Origin: an uncultured Gaiellales bacterium
GTDB taxonomy: Bacteria; Actinomycetota; Thermoleophilia; RBG-16-64-13
Assembly (NCBI GenBank): GCA_964423425.1
Contig: CAYRES010000004.1
Coordinates: forward strand, 8,736-72,735
Direction of reading: 5' to 3'
DNA: 64,000 nucleotides
Shown here piece by piece: positions 27,213 to 36,258 of this stretch (positions within the stretch are counted from its first letter, which is position 1; each line of letters opens with the position of its first letter). The translations under genes were made by a program, and so were the position numbers. The notes beneath the pieces are model-generated. The model saw nothing but the letters and a program-made list of their open reading frames with translations. It was not told the origin of the DNA and did not search any database.

Positions 27213-27303
27213 ACAGCAGCGCAGCAGGACTGTCGGCAAATCTACCGCGGGAGGAGGGGCTTCGCCGCTCCTCCCGCCCGAACCCTCGAACGGGGACGTG
27301 TAG

Positions 27304-28230
27304 ATGGGACAACTCATAACGCAGCAAGTGATCAATGGGCTGGCCCTGGGTTGCGTGTACGGTCTCGTGACCCTGGGCTATTCCATGGTATATGGCATCT
27401 TGGAGATGCTGAACTTCGCTCACGGTGAAGTGTTCATGATCGGGGGCATGATCGGGTTCTATATCCTGCAGGTCTTCCTCGGCCCGGCCGGCCTCAACGC
27501 TCCCGCAGCCTTGGTGCTTCTGCTGATGATGATCGGAGCCATGGCCGGCTGTTCGCTCTTGGGTATGGGCATTGAGTTCATCGCCTACCGCCCCCTGCGC
27601 AAAGGGGGCGCCTCTCGACTGGCCGTGCTCATCACCGCCTTGGCCATGTCCATACTCCTACAGAATCTCACCGCTCTCTTCCTGGGCACGCGGGCCAAGG
27701 ACTACAGCACCTATCTGCTCATTCCCTCCGATTGGATCATCCGTCTGGGTACCATCACCATTACCGGCACCCAGGTCTTGATTATCTCCGTGACGATCAT
27801 TTCCATGTTGGCAGTCGACCTTTTCGTGCGCCGCACCCGCTTCGGCAAGGCCATGCGGGCCACCAACAATGACCGCGACGCCGCTCCCTTCATGGGCATC
27901 AGCGTGAATTTCATCGTCACCCTCACCTTCTTGGTGGGCTCGGCTCTTGCGGGTATAGGTGGAGTCCTCGTGGGTCTGTACTGGACTCAGGTGGACTTTT
28001 TCATGGGTTTTGCCGCCGGATTCAAGGCCTTCACGGCCGCAGTGCTCGGTGGTATCGGCAATCTGCGCGGGGCCATGCTGGGCGGGCTGCTTCTGGGTCT
28101 GGCCGAGAGCTTGGCCATCGCGTTTATCTCACCCACCTACAAGGATGCCATCGCCTTGGTCATTCTGGTGTTGGTGCTCTTGGTGAGGCCACAGGGTCTC
28201 TTGGGCGAGCAACTCCCGGTGAAAGTGTAG
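27304..28230 (+). CDS. Branched-chain amino-acid ABC transporter permease (LivH-like)
   Basis: 308-aa polytopic membrane protein. LivH-type N-terminus MGQLITQQVINGLALGCVYGLVTLGYSMVYGIL. Confidence 0.88.
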   Translation: MGQLITQQVINGLALGCVYGLVTLGYSMVYGILEMLNFAHGEVFMIGGMIGFYILQVFLGPAGLNAPAALVLLLMMIGAMAGCSLLGMGIEFIAYRPLRKGGASRLAVLITALAMSILLQNLTALFLGTRAKDYSTYLLIPSDWIIRLGTITITGTQVLIISVTIISMLAVDLFVRRTRFGKAMRATNNDRDAAPFMGISVNFIVTLTFLVGSALAGIGGVLVGLYWTQVDFFMGFAAGFKAFTAAVLGGIGNLRGAMLGGLLLGLAESLAIAFISPTYKDAIALVILVLVLLVRPQGLLGEQLPVKV

Positions 28231-28237
28231 GTGTGAC

Positions 28238-31039
28238 ATGACTGAGAACAGCACACCTCGCCTCGATCCCTCCGGCTTGGGGGAAACCACCGAGGAGTTC
28301 ATGGACAAGAAGACGTGGGGCCAACGTCTCTTGGAGACCACTCCCGCCCAAGGAGTGGCGACGGCTGCCGGCAAGGTGCCCCAGTGGGTATGGGCCCTCA
28401 TATTCGCCGGGCTGGTGTTGGGCTATCCCCTTATGGTGGGCAACGCCTACTGGGTCCGCATCGGCGGCACGGTGGCTCTCTACGTCATCTTGGGTGTGGG
28501 GTTGAATATTGTAGCCGGTTACAGCGGTATGCTGGACATGGGATACACAGCCTTCTACGGCATGGGTGCCTACACCTATGCCATCCTGGCCTCACCCCAC
28601 TTCGACATCCACCTCAACTTCTGGCTGATCCTGCCCATCTCCATGGCTGCCGCCATCGGCTTGGGAGTACTGATCGGTTCGCCTACCTTGCGGGTGCGGG
28701 GAGACTATTTGGCCATCGTCACCCTGTCACTGGGCAACATCTTCCAGATTCTGCTCAAGAATCTCGACCGTCCCGTCAACATCACCAATGGTCCCAACGG
28801 CATTGTCCGGGTGGATCCCCCTACCCTTTTCGGTTTCACCTTCACCACGGCCACCCAGTACTTCTACCTGGTGCTGTTCTTTGCCGTGGTGGTGGTGGTG
28901 GCCATCTCGCGCCTGCGATTCTCTCGCACCGGCCGTGCCTGGGCCGGCATCCGTGACGACGAGATCACCGCCTCCTGCATGGGTGTCTGGCGCCCCTACT
29001 ACAAAGTGCTTGCTTACATCTCCGGGGCGGCGTTGGCCGGTCTGGCCGGAGGCGTGTTCGCCAGTTGGCAGAAGGGTGTGTTCCCGGAGAACTTCGGTAT
29101 GGCCGAACTCATCGCCATCTACTGCATGGTGGTGATCGGTGGCGCCGGCAGTCCCAAAGGCGTCATTCTGGGTTCCATATCTCTGGTGTTCCTCGGTGAG
29201 GTGCTCCGACCCTACGGTGTCTACCGCATGGTCATCTATGCCCTCATCCTGCTGCTCATGATGCGGTTCCGTCCCGCGGGCATTCTGAAAGAGAAGCCGC
29301 GCAAGAGCAAGAGTACAGTGGAAGAGGCCCTCGCCCAAGGAGGTCTGGCCGTCGCCACGGCCACGACGGGCGGCGGCGGGTCAGGCAGACCATCGCAGAT
29401 GGTCCAGGCCACCGCTGTGTCGGAGAGGAAGAGAAGCATCAAGGAGTCGGCGGGCAAAGAGGCCTCGTCTGCTTCTGCGCCGGCCCCGCCTGCCGCAGCG
29501 AAGGACGGTGAGGTGCTGCTCAAGATCGAGGATCTCTCCAAGGCCTTCGGCGGTGTGGTGGCCGTCGCCGACGTCTCCTTCGACGTGAAGCAGGGCGAGA
29601 TCCTGGGTGTCATCGGTCCCAATGGAGCGGGCAAGACCACCGTGTTCAATCTCATCACCGGTATCTACAAGCCCGACGCCGGCAAGGTGACCTTCCAGGG
29701 GCAGGACATCACCGGTCTGCGTTCAGACAAGGTGGCCAGGGTGGGCTTGGGCCGCACCTTCCAGAACATCCGTACCTTCAACCTGCTGTCCGTGCTGGAC
29801 AACGTGATGGCCGGTGCCCATCCGCAGCTGAAGGGCGGGGTGTGGGCCGGCATCGTCAGGCCTCCGGGCATACGCCGGGCGGAGAAGCAGGCCGAGCTGC
29901 GTGCCATTCGTAACCTGGCCTTTTTCAACCGGCCATTGGCCGAGAGAAAAGACGAGTTTGTGACCTCACTCAACTACGCCGACCGCCGTCGGGTGGAGAT
30001 CTCCCGGGCCATGATGCTGGCGCCGAAGATCCTGCTGCTGGACGAGCCGGCCGCCGGCATGAACCCAACCGAAGTGGAGGAAATCACCGCCCAGATACAG
30101 CATCTGCGCGATGAGGGCTTCACCATCATCTTGGTGGAGCACCAGATGCCGGTGGTCATGGGTGTGTCTGACCGCATCGTGGTTATGAACAAGGGCGAGG
30201 TTCTCACCGAAGGTACACCGGCAGAGATACAGGCCAACGAAGAGGTCATCAAAGCCTACTTGGGAGTCCAGCACGAGGTGTGTGCAGATACCGGTCCCAA
30301 GCGGGAGTCGTTGGTCAAGGGTGAACCTCTGTTGTCCTTGAAGGGTGTGGGTGCCAGCTACGGAGCCGTGCGGGTGCTCTCCGGGGTGGATTTGGACGTG
30401 TACCGAGGTGAGATTGTCTGCCTCTTGGGGGCAAATGCCGCCGGCAAGAGCACCACGATAAAGACCATCTTGGGCAACGTGCGGGCCAATGCAGGCACCA
30501 TCACCTTCCAGGATGAGCCCATCCAGAAGGCCTCCACGGTCAACATCATCAAGAACGGCATCGGTGTGGTGCCGGAAGGCCGGCGCATCTTCTGGCGGCT
30601 TAGCGTGGAGGAGAACTTGGAGATGGGAGCCTTCAGCTCCTCGCGAGACGCAGCCAAGATCAAGCGCGGCAAGGAACGGGCCTTCGAGCAGTTCCCCATC
30701 CTTTATGAGCGCCGCAACCAGAAGGGCGGCACGCTCTCCGGCGGTGAGCAGCAGATGCTGGCCATCGCCCGGGCGCTCATGAACGAGCCCACACTCCTGC
30801 TGCTGGACGAGCCCTCCATGGGTCTGTCCCCCGTCCTGGTGCAGCAGATCATGGACATCGTGGTGCAGATCAACGAGGAGTGGGGCACCACTATCTTCAT
30901 GGTTGAGCAGAACGCCAACGAAGCTCTCAAGATTGCCGATCGGGGCTACGTGCTCCAGAACGGCCGCATCGTGATCACCGACTTGGCCTGCAACCTCTTG
31001 GCCGACGACGCCATGAAGGAAGCGTACCTGGGTGGTTGA
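28238..31039 (+). CDS. Triple-fusion LivM-LivG-LivF: permease domain plus two ABC ATPase domains in one 933-aa polypeptide
   Basis: Residues ~1–345 are a LivM-like permease. After a Gly/Ser/Ala-rich linker comes a LivG-like ATPase (Walker A GPNGAGKTT, signature LNYADRRRVEISRA, Walker B LLLDEPAAGMN). After a second linker comes a LivF-like ATPase (GANAAGKSTT, LSGGEQQMLAIARAL, LLLDEPSMGLSP). The frame is uninterrupted from 28238 to 31039. Confidence 0.85.
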   Translation: MTENSTPRLDPSGLGETTEEFMDKKTWGQRLLETTPAQGVATAAGKVPQWVWALIFAGLVLGYPLMVGNAYWVRIGGTVALYVILGVGLNIVAGYSGMLDMGYTAFYGMGAYTYAILASPHFDIHLNFWLILPISMAAAIGLGVLIGSPTLRVRGDYLAIVTLSLGNIFQILLKNLDRPVNITNGPNGIVRVDPPTLFGFTFTTATQYFYLVLFFAVVVVVAISRLRFSRTGRAWAGIRDDEITASCMGVWRPYYKVLAYISGAALAGLAGGVFASWQKGVFPENFGMAELIAIYCMVVIGGAGSPKGVILGSISLVFLGEVLRPYGVYRMVIYALILLLMMRFRPAGILKEKPRKSKSTVEEALAQGGLAVATATTGGGGSGRPSQMVQATAVSERKRSIKESAGKEASSASAPAPPAAAKDGEVLLKIEDLSKAFGGVVAVADVSFDVKQGEILGVIGPNGAGKTTVFNLITGIYKPDAGKVTFQGQDITGLRSDKVARVGLGRTFQNIRTFNLLSVLDNVMAGAHPQLKGGVWAGIVRPPGIRRAEKQAELRAIRNLAFFNRPLAERKDEFVTSLNYADRRRVEISRAMMLAPKILLLDEPAAGMNPTEVEEITAQIQHLRDEGFTIILVEHQMPVVMGVSDRIVVMNKGEVLTEGTPAEIQANEEVIKAYLGVQHEVCADTGPKRESLVKGEPLLSLKGVGASYGAVRVLSGVDLDVYRGEIVCLLGANAAGKSTTIKTILGNVRANAGTITFQDEPIQKASTVNIIKNGIGVVPEGRRIFWRLSVEENLEMGAFSSSRDAAKIKRGKERAFEQFPILYERRNQKGGTLSGGEQQMLAIARALMNEPTLLLLDEPSMGLSPVLVQQIMDIVVQINEEWGTTIFMVEQNANEALKIADRGYVLQNGRIVITDLACNLLADDAMKEAYLGG

Positions 31040-31062
31040 TGTGTAGGTATCCACAGGAACGG

Positions 31063-31100
31063 GGTGAGGCGGTGGCGGCACTCGGCACCACCGCCTCACC
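31063..31100 (+). terminator. GC-rich hairpin (13-bp stem) 24 nt after the livMGF stop; putative intrinsic terminator without U-tract
   Basis: ggtgaggcggtgg-N12-ccaccgcctcacc is a perfect inverted repeat. Confidence 0.5.
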
Positions 31101-31201
31101 GCTCTGTATCGGTTGTGGGTTGTCCATGCCCTCCGGCGGCGGAACCTGGCCCGGTCTCAGGGGCCTGTGCGAGCCGCCCCCGTCCTCCAGACCACACGTG
31201 T

Positions 31202-31235
31202 GACACAGTCACGGCCGGCGCCGGCCGTGACTGTG
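31202..31235. promoter_or_regulatory. Perfect 34-bp palindrome ~80 bp upstream of the tryptophanase-family gene; candidate operator
   Basis: acacagtcacggccggc|gccggccgtgactgtgt has 17-bp arms with no spacer and zero mismatches. Confidence 0.5.
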
Positions 31236-31311
31236 TGCACCTCGATGCCGGTCGCGAGCGGAGCGCGCGGGAATCGCGCGCCGCGATGATCCAAGACAAG
31301 AGGAGACCGCC

Positions 31312-32691
31312 GTGGCGGACTATCCCTTTGAGCCATTTCGCATCAAGGTCGTTGAACCCATCCGGCCGAACACCGCGGAAGAGCGCACGCGTATCTTGCG
31401 GGAGGCCGGCTACAATCTGTTCGCGGTGCGGGCGGAAGACATACTCATCGACCTGTTCACGGATTCCGGCACCACCGCCATGAGTGACGGCCAATGGGCG
31501 GGAATGATGCAGGGGGATGAGGCCTACGCGGGCTGTCGTAACTACTATCATCTCGAGGAGGTGCAACGCAGCATCTTCGGTATGCCCTACTTTGTCCCCA
31601 CTCATCAGGGGAGGCCGGCCGAGACCATGCTCATGGATCTCACCATCAGTGAGGGCGATGTGATTCCCAACAACATGCACTTCGACTCCACCGAAGCGAA
31701 TGTCGTGGTACGTGGTGGCAAAGCGATGAACCTGGCCATCGACGAGGCCTGGGATCCCCAAGCTCACCATCCCTTCAAGGGGAACATGGATATCGCGAAA
31801 CTCCGCCGGTGTATCGAGGAGACAGGAGTGGAGAGCATACCCTTCGTCATGATCACGGTCACGAACAACACCGGGGCGGGCCAGCCGGTGTCGATGGAGA
31901 ACATTCGAGCCGTCAAGGAGGTGGCGGAGGAATTCGGGCTTCCCCTCTGGTTTGATGCCGCCCGCTACGCGGAGAATGCCTACTTCGTCAAGGTACGGGA
32001 GCCTGGCTACGAGCACAAGAGTCCGGTTGAGATCGCCCAGGAGATGTTCGCGCTTGCCGATGGGTTTGTGATGAGCTGCAAGAAGGACGGCCTGGTGAAC
32101 ATCGGAGGTCTGTTCGGTACGAGAGACGCAGAACTGTTCGAGCGGGCCAAGGTTCTCATGATCCTGAGAGAAGGCTTTCTCACCTACGGAGGACTTGCCG
32201 GGCGAGACTTGGAGGCATTGGCGCGGGGCCTCATGGAAGGCGTGGACGAGAGCTACCTCGCCTACCGCATCGAACAGACGAAGTATCTGGGCGACCGGCT
32301 GAGCGAGGCGGGAGTGCCTATCTTCGAGCCGGTGGGCGGCCATGCCGTCTATCTCGATATGAAGCGCTTTCTGCCCCACATACCCCAGAACCTGTTCCCC
32401 GGCGTGGCGTTCACGGCTAGGCTTTACGTTGAGGCCGGCGTGCGCGCAGTCGAACTCGGTTCGCTCGCCTTCGCCCACCCCGACCCGACGACCGGCGAGA
32501 TGAGGTATCCCGCGCTGGAACTGGTGCGGTTGGCTCTGCCGCGGCGCGTCTACACGCAGAAGCACGTGGACTATGTCGCCGACGCCATCGTGAAGATCTA
32601 CGAGGAGAGAGAGAAGCTGGAGGGGCTGGAGCTCCTGTGGGAGGCTCCGTTGATGAGGCACTTCACCGCGAAGCTGGCGCCGGTCTCGTAG
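31312..32691 (+). CDS. Beta-eliminating lyase: tryptophanase / tyrosine phenol-lyase family
   Basis: 459 aa. Near-canonical TnaA/TPL N-terminus YPFEPFRIKVVEP..R...EER.RIL.EAGYN.F...ED...IDL.TDSGT.AMSD.QWA.MM.GDEAYAG. PLP-Lys region SCKKDGLVNIGG. C-terminus RHFTAKL. GTG start with AAGAGGAG RBS. The C-terminal FTARLYVEAGVRAVELGS block resembles tryptophanase slightly more than tyrosine phenol-lyase. Confidence 0.9.
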   Translation: MADYPFEPFRIKVVEPIRPNTAEERTRILREAGYNLFAVRAEDILIDLFTDSGTTAMSDGQWAGMMQGDEAYAGCRNYYHLEEVQRSIFGMPYFVPTHQGRPAETMLMDLTISEGDVIPNNMHFDSTEANVVVRGGKAMNLAIDEAWDPQAHHPFKGNMDIAKLRRCIEETGVESIPFVMITVTNNTGAGQPVSMENIRAVKEVAEEFGLPLWFDAARYAENAYFVKVREPGYEHKSPVEIAQEMFALADGFVMSCKKDGLVNIGGLFGTRDAELFERAKVLMILREGFLTYGGLAGRDLEALARGLMEGVDESYLAYRIEQTKYLGDRLSEAGVPIFEPVGGHAVYLDMKRFLPHIPQNLFPGVAFTARLYVEAGVRAVELGSLAFAHPDPTTGEMRYPALELVRLALPRRVYTQKHVDYVADAIVKIYEEREKLEGLELLWEAPLMRHFTAKLAPVS

Positions 32692-32705
32692 GGAGCGGGG
32701 TTCTC

Positions 32706-33959
32706 GTGTTCAACCACAGAGTTCGTACACGTACGCGAAGACTGGGACGGGGCGACGGGGAAGGGAGGCGCTGGCCTCCCTTCCCCGTCGCCGCCGATCG
32801 CTTCGATCAGAAGAACGAGATGTTCAAGCGCGGTCTGTGGGATCCAGAGGCGGTCACCCTGACCGACCGTTTCCAGGAACTTGTCTACCAGGAACGGCCG
32901 GGGTATGACAAGTTGGCCTACTCACTGCAGTCGGCCGCGTGGAACACCGAGGATGCCTTTGGATACGAAGAAGCGACAGGCAGTCCGCTTGCCCTTTACT
33001 CCTGGACACCCCAGGAAGGTCGGCCGCGGCAGTGCGCCGTGACCGGCCGCCCCGTGCGGGAAGATCCGGAAAGAATGAGCCGGGTGGTGAAGAAGGCCGC
33101 CCGTTTGTACGGGGCCGACTTGGTGGGCATCACTCGTGTTCATGAGAGCTGGGTATATTCACACAGCTACAACAAGTTCTCCAGAAGGCATGAACCGCTC
33201 GAACTCCCCGAGGGCTGCACCACGGCCGTGGTCATGGCGTGGGCCATGGATTTTGATGCGATACGCACGTCACCCACCGCCGTGGCCGGTGCCGGGACCG
33301 GAGTGGGGTACAGCAGAATGGCTTTCTCGGCCAACCTGCTGGCGACATTCATCCGCGCACTCGGGTACACGGCTGTACCGTGCGGCAACGACACTGCTCT
33401 TAGCATACCGCTCGCCATGGCGGCCGGGCTTGGGGAGACAAGCCGCATGGGTCTTCTCATCACCGAGAAGTACGGCCCGCGGGTGCGGCTGGCCAAGGTG
33501 TTCACCGACCTCCCTCTCCTCTCCGACTCGTACAGGCCCTTTGGGGTGACCGAGTTCTGCCGTGTGTGCATGACCTGTGCCCGGCACTGCCCATCGCAGG
33601 CGATCAGCGAGGGAGAGATGACCACCGAAGGGCCCAACCTGTCGAGCCACCATGGTCCCTTGAAGTGGTATGTGGACGGATTCAAGTGTTACTCGTATTG
33701 GGCGCGTAATCGCATGGACTGCTCCGTGTGTATTCGCGTGTGCCCCTTCAACAAGAAGGAGGGCCGGCTCCACGATGCGGTGAGGGCCGCCATCAGGTAC
33801 GCTCCGGCGTTCAATCCCCTCATTGTGCGGGGAGACCAGGCTCTTGGTTATGAGAAGGCTCTGCGGGTGCGCGAGTTCTTCGAGGACTCCCCCGTTACCC
33901 GGTCGAACGGTGCCACCATGGTGCCGGCAAAGAACCAGATTACCTCTCACCCGCGATGA
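32706..33959 (+). CDS. Reductive-dehalogenase-family (RdhA/QueG superfamily) corrinoid/2x[4Fe-4S] protein without signal peptide
   Basis: Two C-terminal cluster motifs with RdhA-like spacing: CRVCMTCARHCP (Cx2Cx2Cx3CP) and CYSYWARNRMDCSVCIRVCPFNKK. Upstream RdhA-type blocks RFDQKNEMFKRGLWDPE and AARLYGADLVGITRVHE. ~130 residues precede the GADLVGI block, which is too long for epoxyqueuosine reductase (QueG). No hydrophobic Tat/Sec signal. The ORF (from 32637) overlaps the tnaA-like 3' end; the first usable start after the tnaA stop is GTG at 32706. Confidence 0.65.
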   Translation: MFNHRVRTRTRRLGRGDGEGRRWPPFPVAADRFDQKNEMFKRGLWDPEAVTLTDRFQELVYQERPGYDKLAYSLQSAAWNTEDAFGYEEATGSPLALYSWTPQEGRPRQCAVTGRPVREDPERMSRVVKKAARLYGADLVGITRVHESWVYSHSYNKFSRRHEPLELPEGCTTAVVMAWAMDFDAIRTSPTAVAGAGTGVGYSRMAFSANLLATFIRALGYTAVPCGNDTALSIPLAMAAGLGETSRMGLLITEKYGPRVRLAKVFTDLPLLSDSYRPFGVTEFCRVCMTCARHCPSQAISEGEMTTEGPNLSSHHGPLKWYVDGFKCYSYWARNRMDCSVCIRVCPFNKKEGRLHDAVRAAIRYAPAFNPLIVRGDQALGYEKALRVREFFEDSPVTRSNGATMVPAKNQITSHPR

Positions 33960-34029
33960 GCGAATGATCCGAGGAAGCCGCACAGAGGGCCGAAGGTCGG
34001 TTTCACCGTCGGACGGCGGAGGCTTGGGT

Positions 34030-35223
34030 ATGAGCCTGGTGCTCATGCTGAGCTTCTTTGCGGTCGCCGTCATGCAAATGGCCGTTCCGGTGACGGCGTC
34101 TCTTCTGCGCGACGTGAACGGTCTCACCGCAGGCCAGGTAGGTCTGCTCATGTCGGCGTACCTTCTCTCGTACGGCCCGGGGCAGATGCTCTCGGGTTGG
34201 TTGCCTGTGAGAGTGGGGGGTAGGGTGGTCGTCTGGGGCCTGCTCATTGTCGCGGCGGCGGCCGTACCGTTCATCCTGGGTTGGCCGTTCGGGGCTCTGC
34301 TCGGTGCGCGCTTCCTGCAGGGTATCGGCGCGGGTGCGACCTTCCCGGCGGCCGGCTATCTCATGAACGTATACCTACCCCCCGAAAAGCTCAGCCGGGG
34401 CTGGTCATCGTATGCTGCCGGAGCGGCCATGGGCAACCTGTTCGCCCTCTTGGGTCTGGCCCGTGTGGGGCAACTGGGGGGTCTTGCGGGTGCATTCCTC
34501 GTGGGTGGCGGAGTCGTCCTTCTCTCCGCCGCGGCGGCCTGGGCGCAGCCGGCGGTAAGGGCCCGTCCGAATGACTCTCCGCACGAGGAGCTCCCCCTGG
34601 GCATGTGGGCTGCGGTGCGCTTCCTGTTCGCCAAGCCCGAAGTCAGGCTTCTCGCGGTGGTCAACATCAGCGTGGTCACCCTCTCGGTGGTCACACTGAC
34701 GTGGACGGCTGAGTTCTTGCGCGAGTATCATGGAGCTTCGGTGGCGCTGGCCACCGCTATCACTGCGGGCTATGCGGCGGCCCAGCTCATTGGAGCCCCC
34801 ACCTCTGCTCTGCTGCTGAGGCGTCTGGGGCGGCTGACGTTGCTTCTTGTCATGCTGATCGGGATGGTGCTGGCAGGAACAGCTCTTGCTCTCTCGCGCA
34901 GTTCGGTGGGCGCCTTCGTGAGTGTCTTTCTCATGGGCTTCTTCATGCTGGGGTCGTTCACGCCCAGCTTCGCGCTCATCCCGGAGTACGTACCGGCCCG
35001 GCTGGCCGGGATGGCCAGCGGGGTGTTGAACGGCATTGCCTTCGTGGGAGCCCTGGCGGGCCCCTGGGTGTTCGGGCTCATATTGGACGTGGGGTGGGGT
35101 TACCGGGTCGGATACGGAGCGTTCACGCTGTTGTCGGGGAGCGGTGTTCTGGCCGTCCTCAGTCTCGTCCGGAGGGCCCGGCATGGCACCATACCGGCGC
35201 TCCAAGAGCAGGGAACGGTCTAG
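34030..35223 (+). CDS. MFS transporter
   Basis: 12-TM pattern with MFS-typical loops (GLLMSAYLLSYGPGQMLSGWL, RFLQGIGAGATFPA). Confidence 0.85.
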   Translation: MSLVLMLSFFAVAVMQMAVPVTASLLRDVNGLTAGQVGLLMSAYLLSYGPGQMLSGWLPVRVGGRVVVWGLLIVAAAAVPFILGWPFGALLGARFLQGIGAGATFPAAGYLMNVYLPPEKLSRGWSSYAAGAAMGNLFALLGLARVGQLGGLAGAFLVGGGVVLLSAAAAWAQPAVRARPNDSPHEELPLGMWAAVRFLFAKPEVRLLAVVNISVVTLSVVTLTWTAEFLREYHGASVALATAITAGYAAAQLIGAPTSALLLRRLGRLTLLLVMLIGMVLAGTALALSRSSVGAFVSVFLMGFFMLGSFTPSFALIPEYVPARLAGMASGVLNGIAFVGALAGPWVFGLILDVGWGYRVGYGAFTLLSGSGVLAVLSLVRRARHGTIPALQEQGTV

Positions 35224-35241
35224 TCACGAGGAGGGGATATC

Positions 35242-36252
35242 TTGACCAGTTTTGGAATACGATTCATTGACCACTTGGCTCCGGCGTCCACCATTCTGGA
35301 CTGGGTGGAGTTCGCCGACGACAAGGGCTTCGAGTACGTCTGGTTTCCACACGACACCTTCTGTAAGAGTACGTGGGCGATGACCTGCGCAGCGGCACAG
35401 CGCACCCGCCGCATGAAGATCGGTTCGATCGGTACGAATCCCTACACCTTCGATCCATGCGAGATCGCTACCTATGCGGCCACGTTGGACGAACTCTCAG
35501 AAGGGCGGGCGGTCCTCGGTCTCGGGCTGCACACGAGCGACATGTTGGCTTGGGTGGGCATAGAGGCAACCGATGTGATAGGCGCCACCAGTGAGGCGGT
35601 GGAGTTGATTCGCGGTCTCCTGAGGGGCGAGGTGATGGAGTACCGCGGCAAGCAGTTCCAGTGGACCGACCAGGCATACCTGCGCTTCAAGCCCTTTCGC
35701 GAGAGGATACCGATATATGGGTGTGCCTTCGGTGCGGACTACCTGGCGATGACGGGAGAGGTGTGCGAAGGCAGCCTGCCCATGATCACCCCTCCGGAGT
35801 CGGCTCCCCGCATGGTGGCGCACATACAGCGGGGTATCGAGCGCGCGGGCCGGCGGCCCCAGGAAGTTGACATCGCCGGCTGTGCCTGGCTTTCGCTCTC
35901 CGACGATGGTGCCACGGCCGATGCTGTCATGCGCAAGATGGTCTCGTACTTCGGGGCCTACCTGGAGGAGGAGGCGCTCCGCACGGTGGGCTTGAGCGTC
36001 TCTTCTTTTGATGAGATCAAGTCCCTCATCGACTCGGGTCGCTACCACGATGCGGCCGAGGCGGTGACGCCTGAGATGCTGCGGTTGGGCATCTCCGGCA
36101 CCCCGCACCAGGTGATCGAGCGAATCGAGGAGTTGGAGGAGGCCGGTATCACCCAGGTTTGCCTGGGAGGGCCCCTCGGACCCGATCCCCGAAAGGCCAT
36201 AGAGCTTCTCGGAGCCAAGGTGCTGCCGCACTTCGCCGCCCGCACGGGCTGA
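35242..36252 (+). CDS. Luciferase-like monooxygenase (LLM) class flavin/F420-dependent oxidoreductase
   Basis: TIM-barrel LLM motifs (GFEYVWFPHD, RMKIGSIGTNPYTFDP, GRAVLGLGLH); resembles the methylene-H4MPT-reductase-like subgroup. TTG start with GAGGAGGGG RBS. Confidence 0.8.
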   Translation: MTSFGIRFIDHLAPASTILDWVEFADDKGFEYVWFPHDTFCKSTWAMTCAAAQRTRRMKIGSIGTNPYTFDPCEIATYAATLDELSEGRAVLGLGLHTSDMLAWVGIEATDVIGATSEAVELIRGLLRGEVMEYRGKQFQWTDQAYLRFKPFRERIPIYGCAFGADYLAMTGEVCEGSLPMITPPESAPRMVAHIQRGIERAGRRPQEVDIAGCAWLSLSDDGATADAVMRKMVSYFGAYLEEEALRTVGLSVSSFDEIKSLIDSGRYHDAAEAVTPEMLRLGISGTPHQVIERIEELEEAGITQVCLGGPLGPDPRKAIELLGAKVLPHFAARTG

Positions 36253-36258
36253 GCTGGG

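Noticed and set aside
32706-33959. Alternative call of the Fe-S/corrinoid-like protein as epoxyqueuosine reductase QueG
   Set aside because: QueG shares the two cluster motifs but has only ~25 residues before the (I/V)G(F/I)T block and a C-terminal HEAT-like tail. Here ~130 residues with RdhA-like blocks precede it, and the protein ends shortly after the second cluster. The call is kept as RdhA-family, with QueG as the stated alternative.
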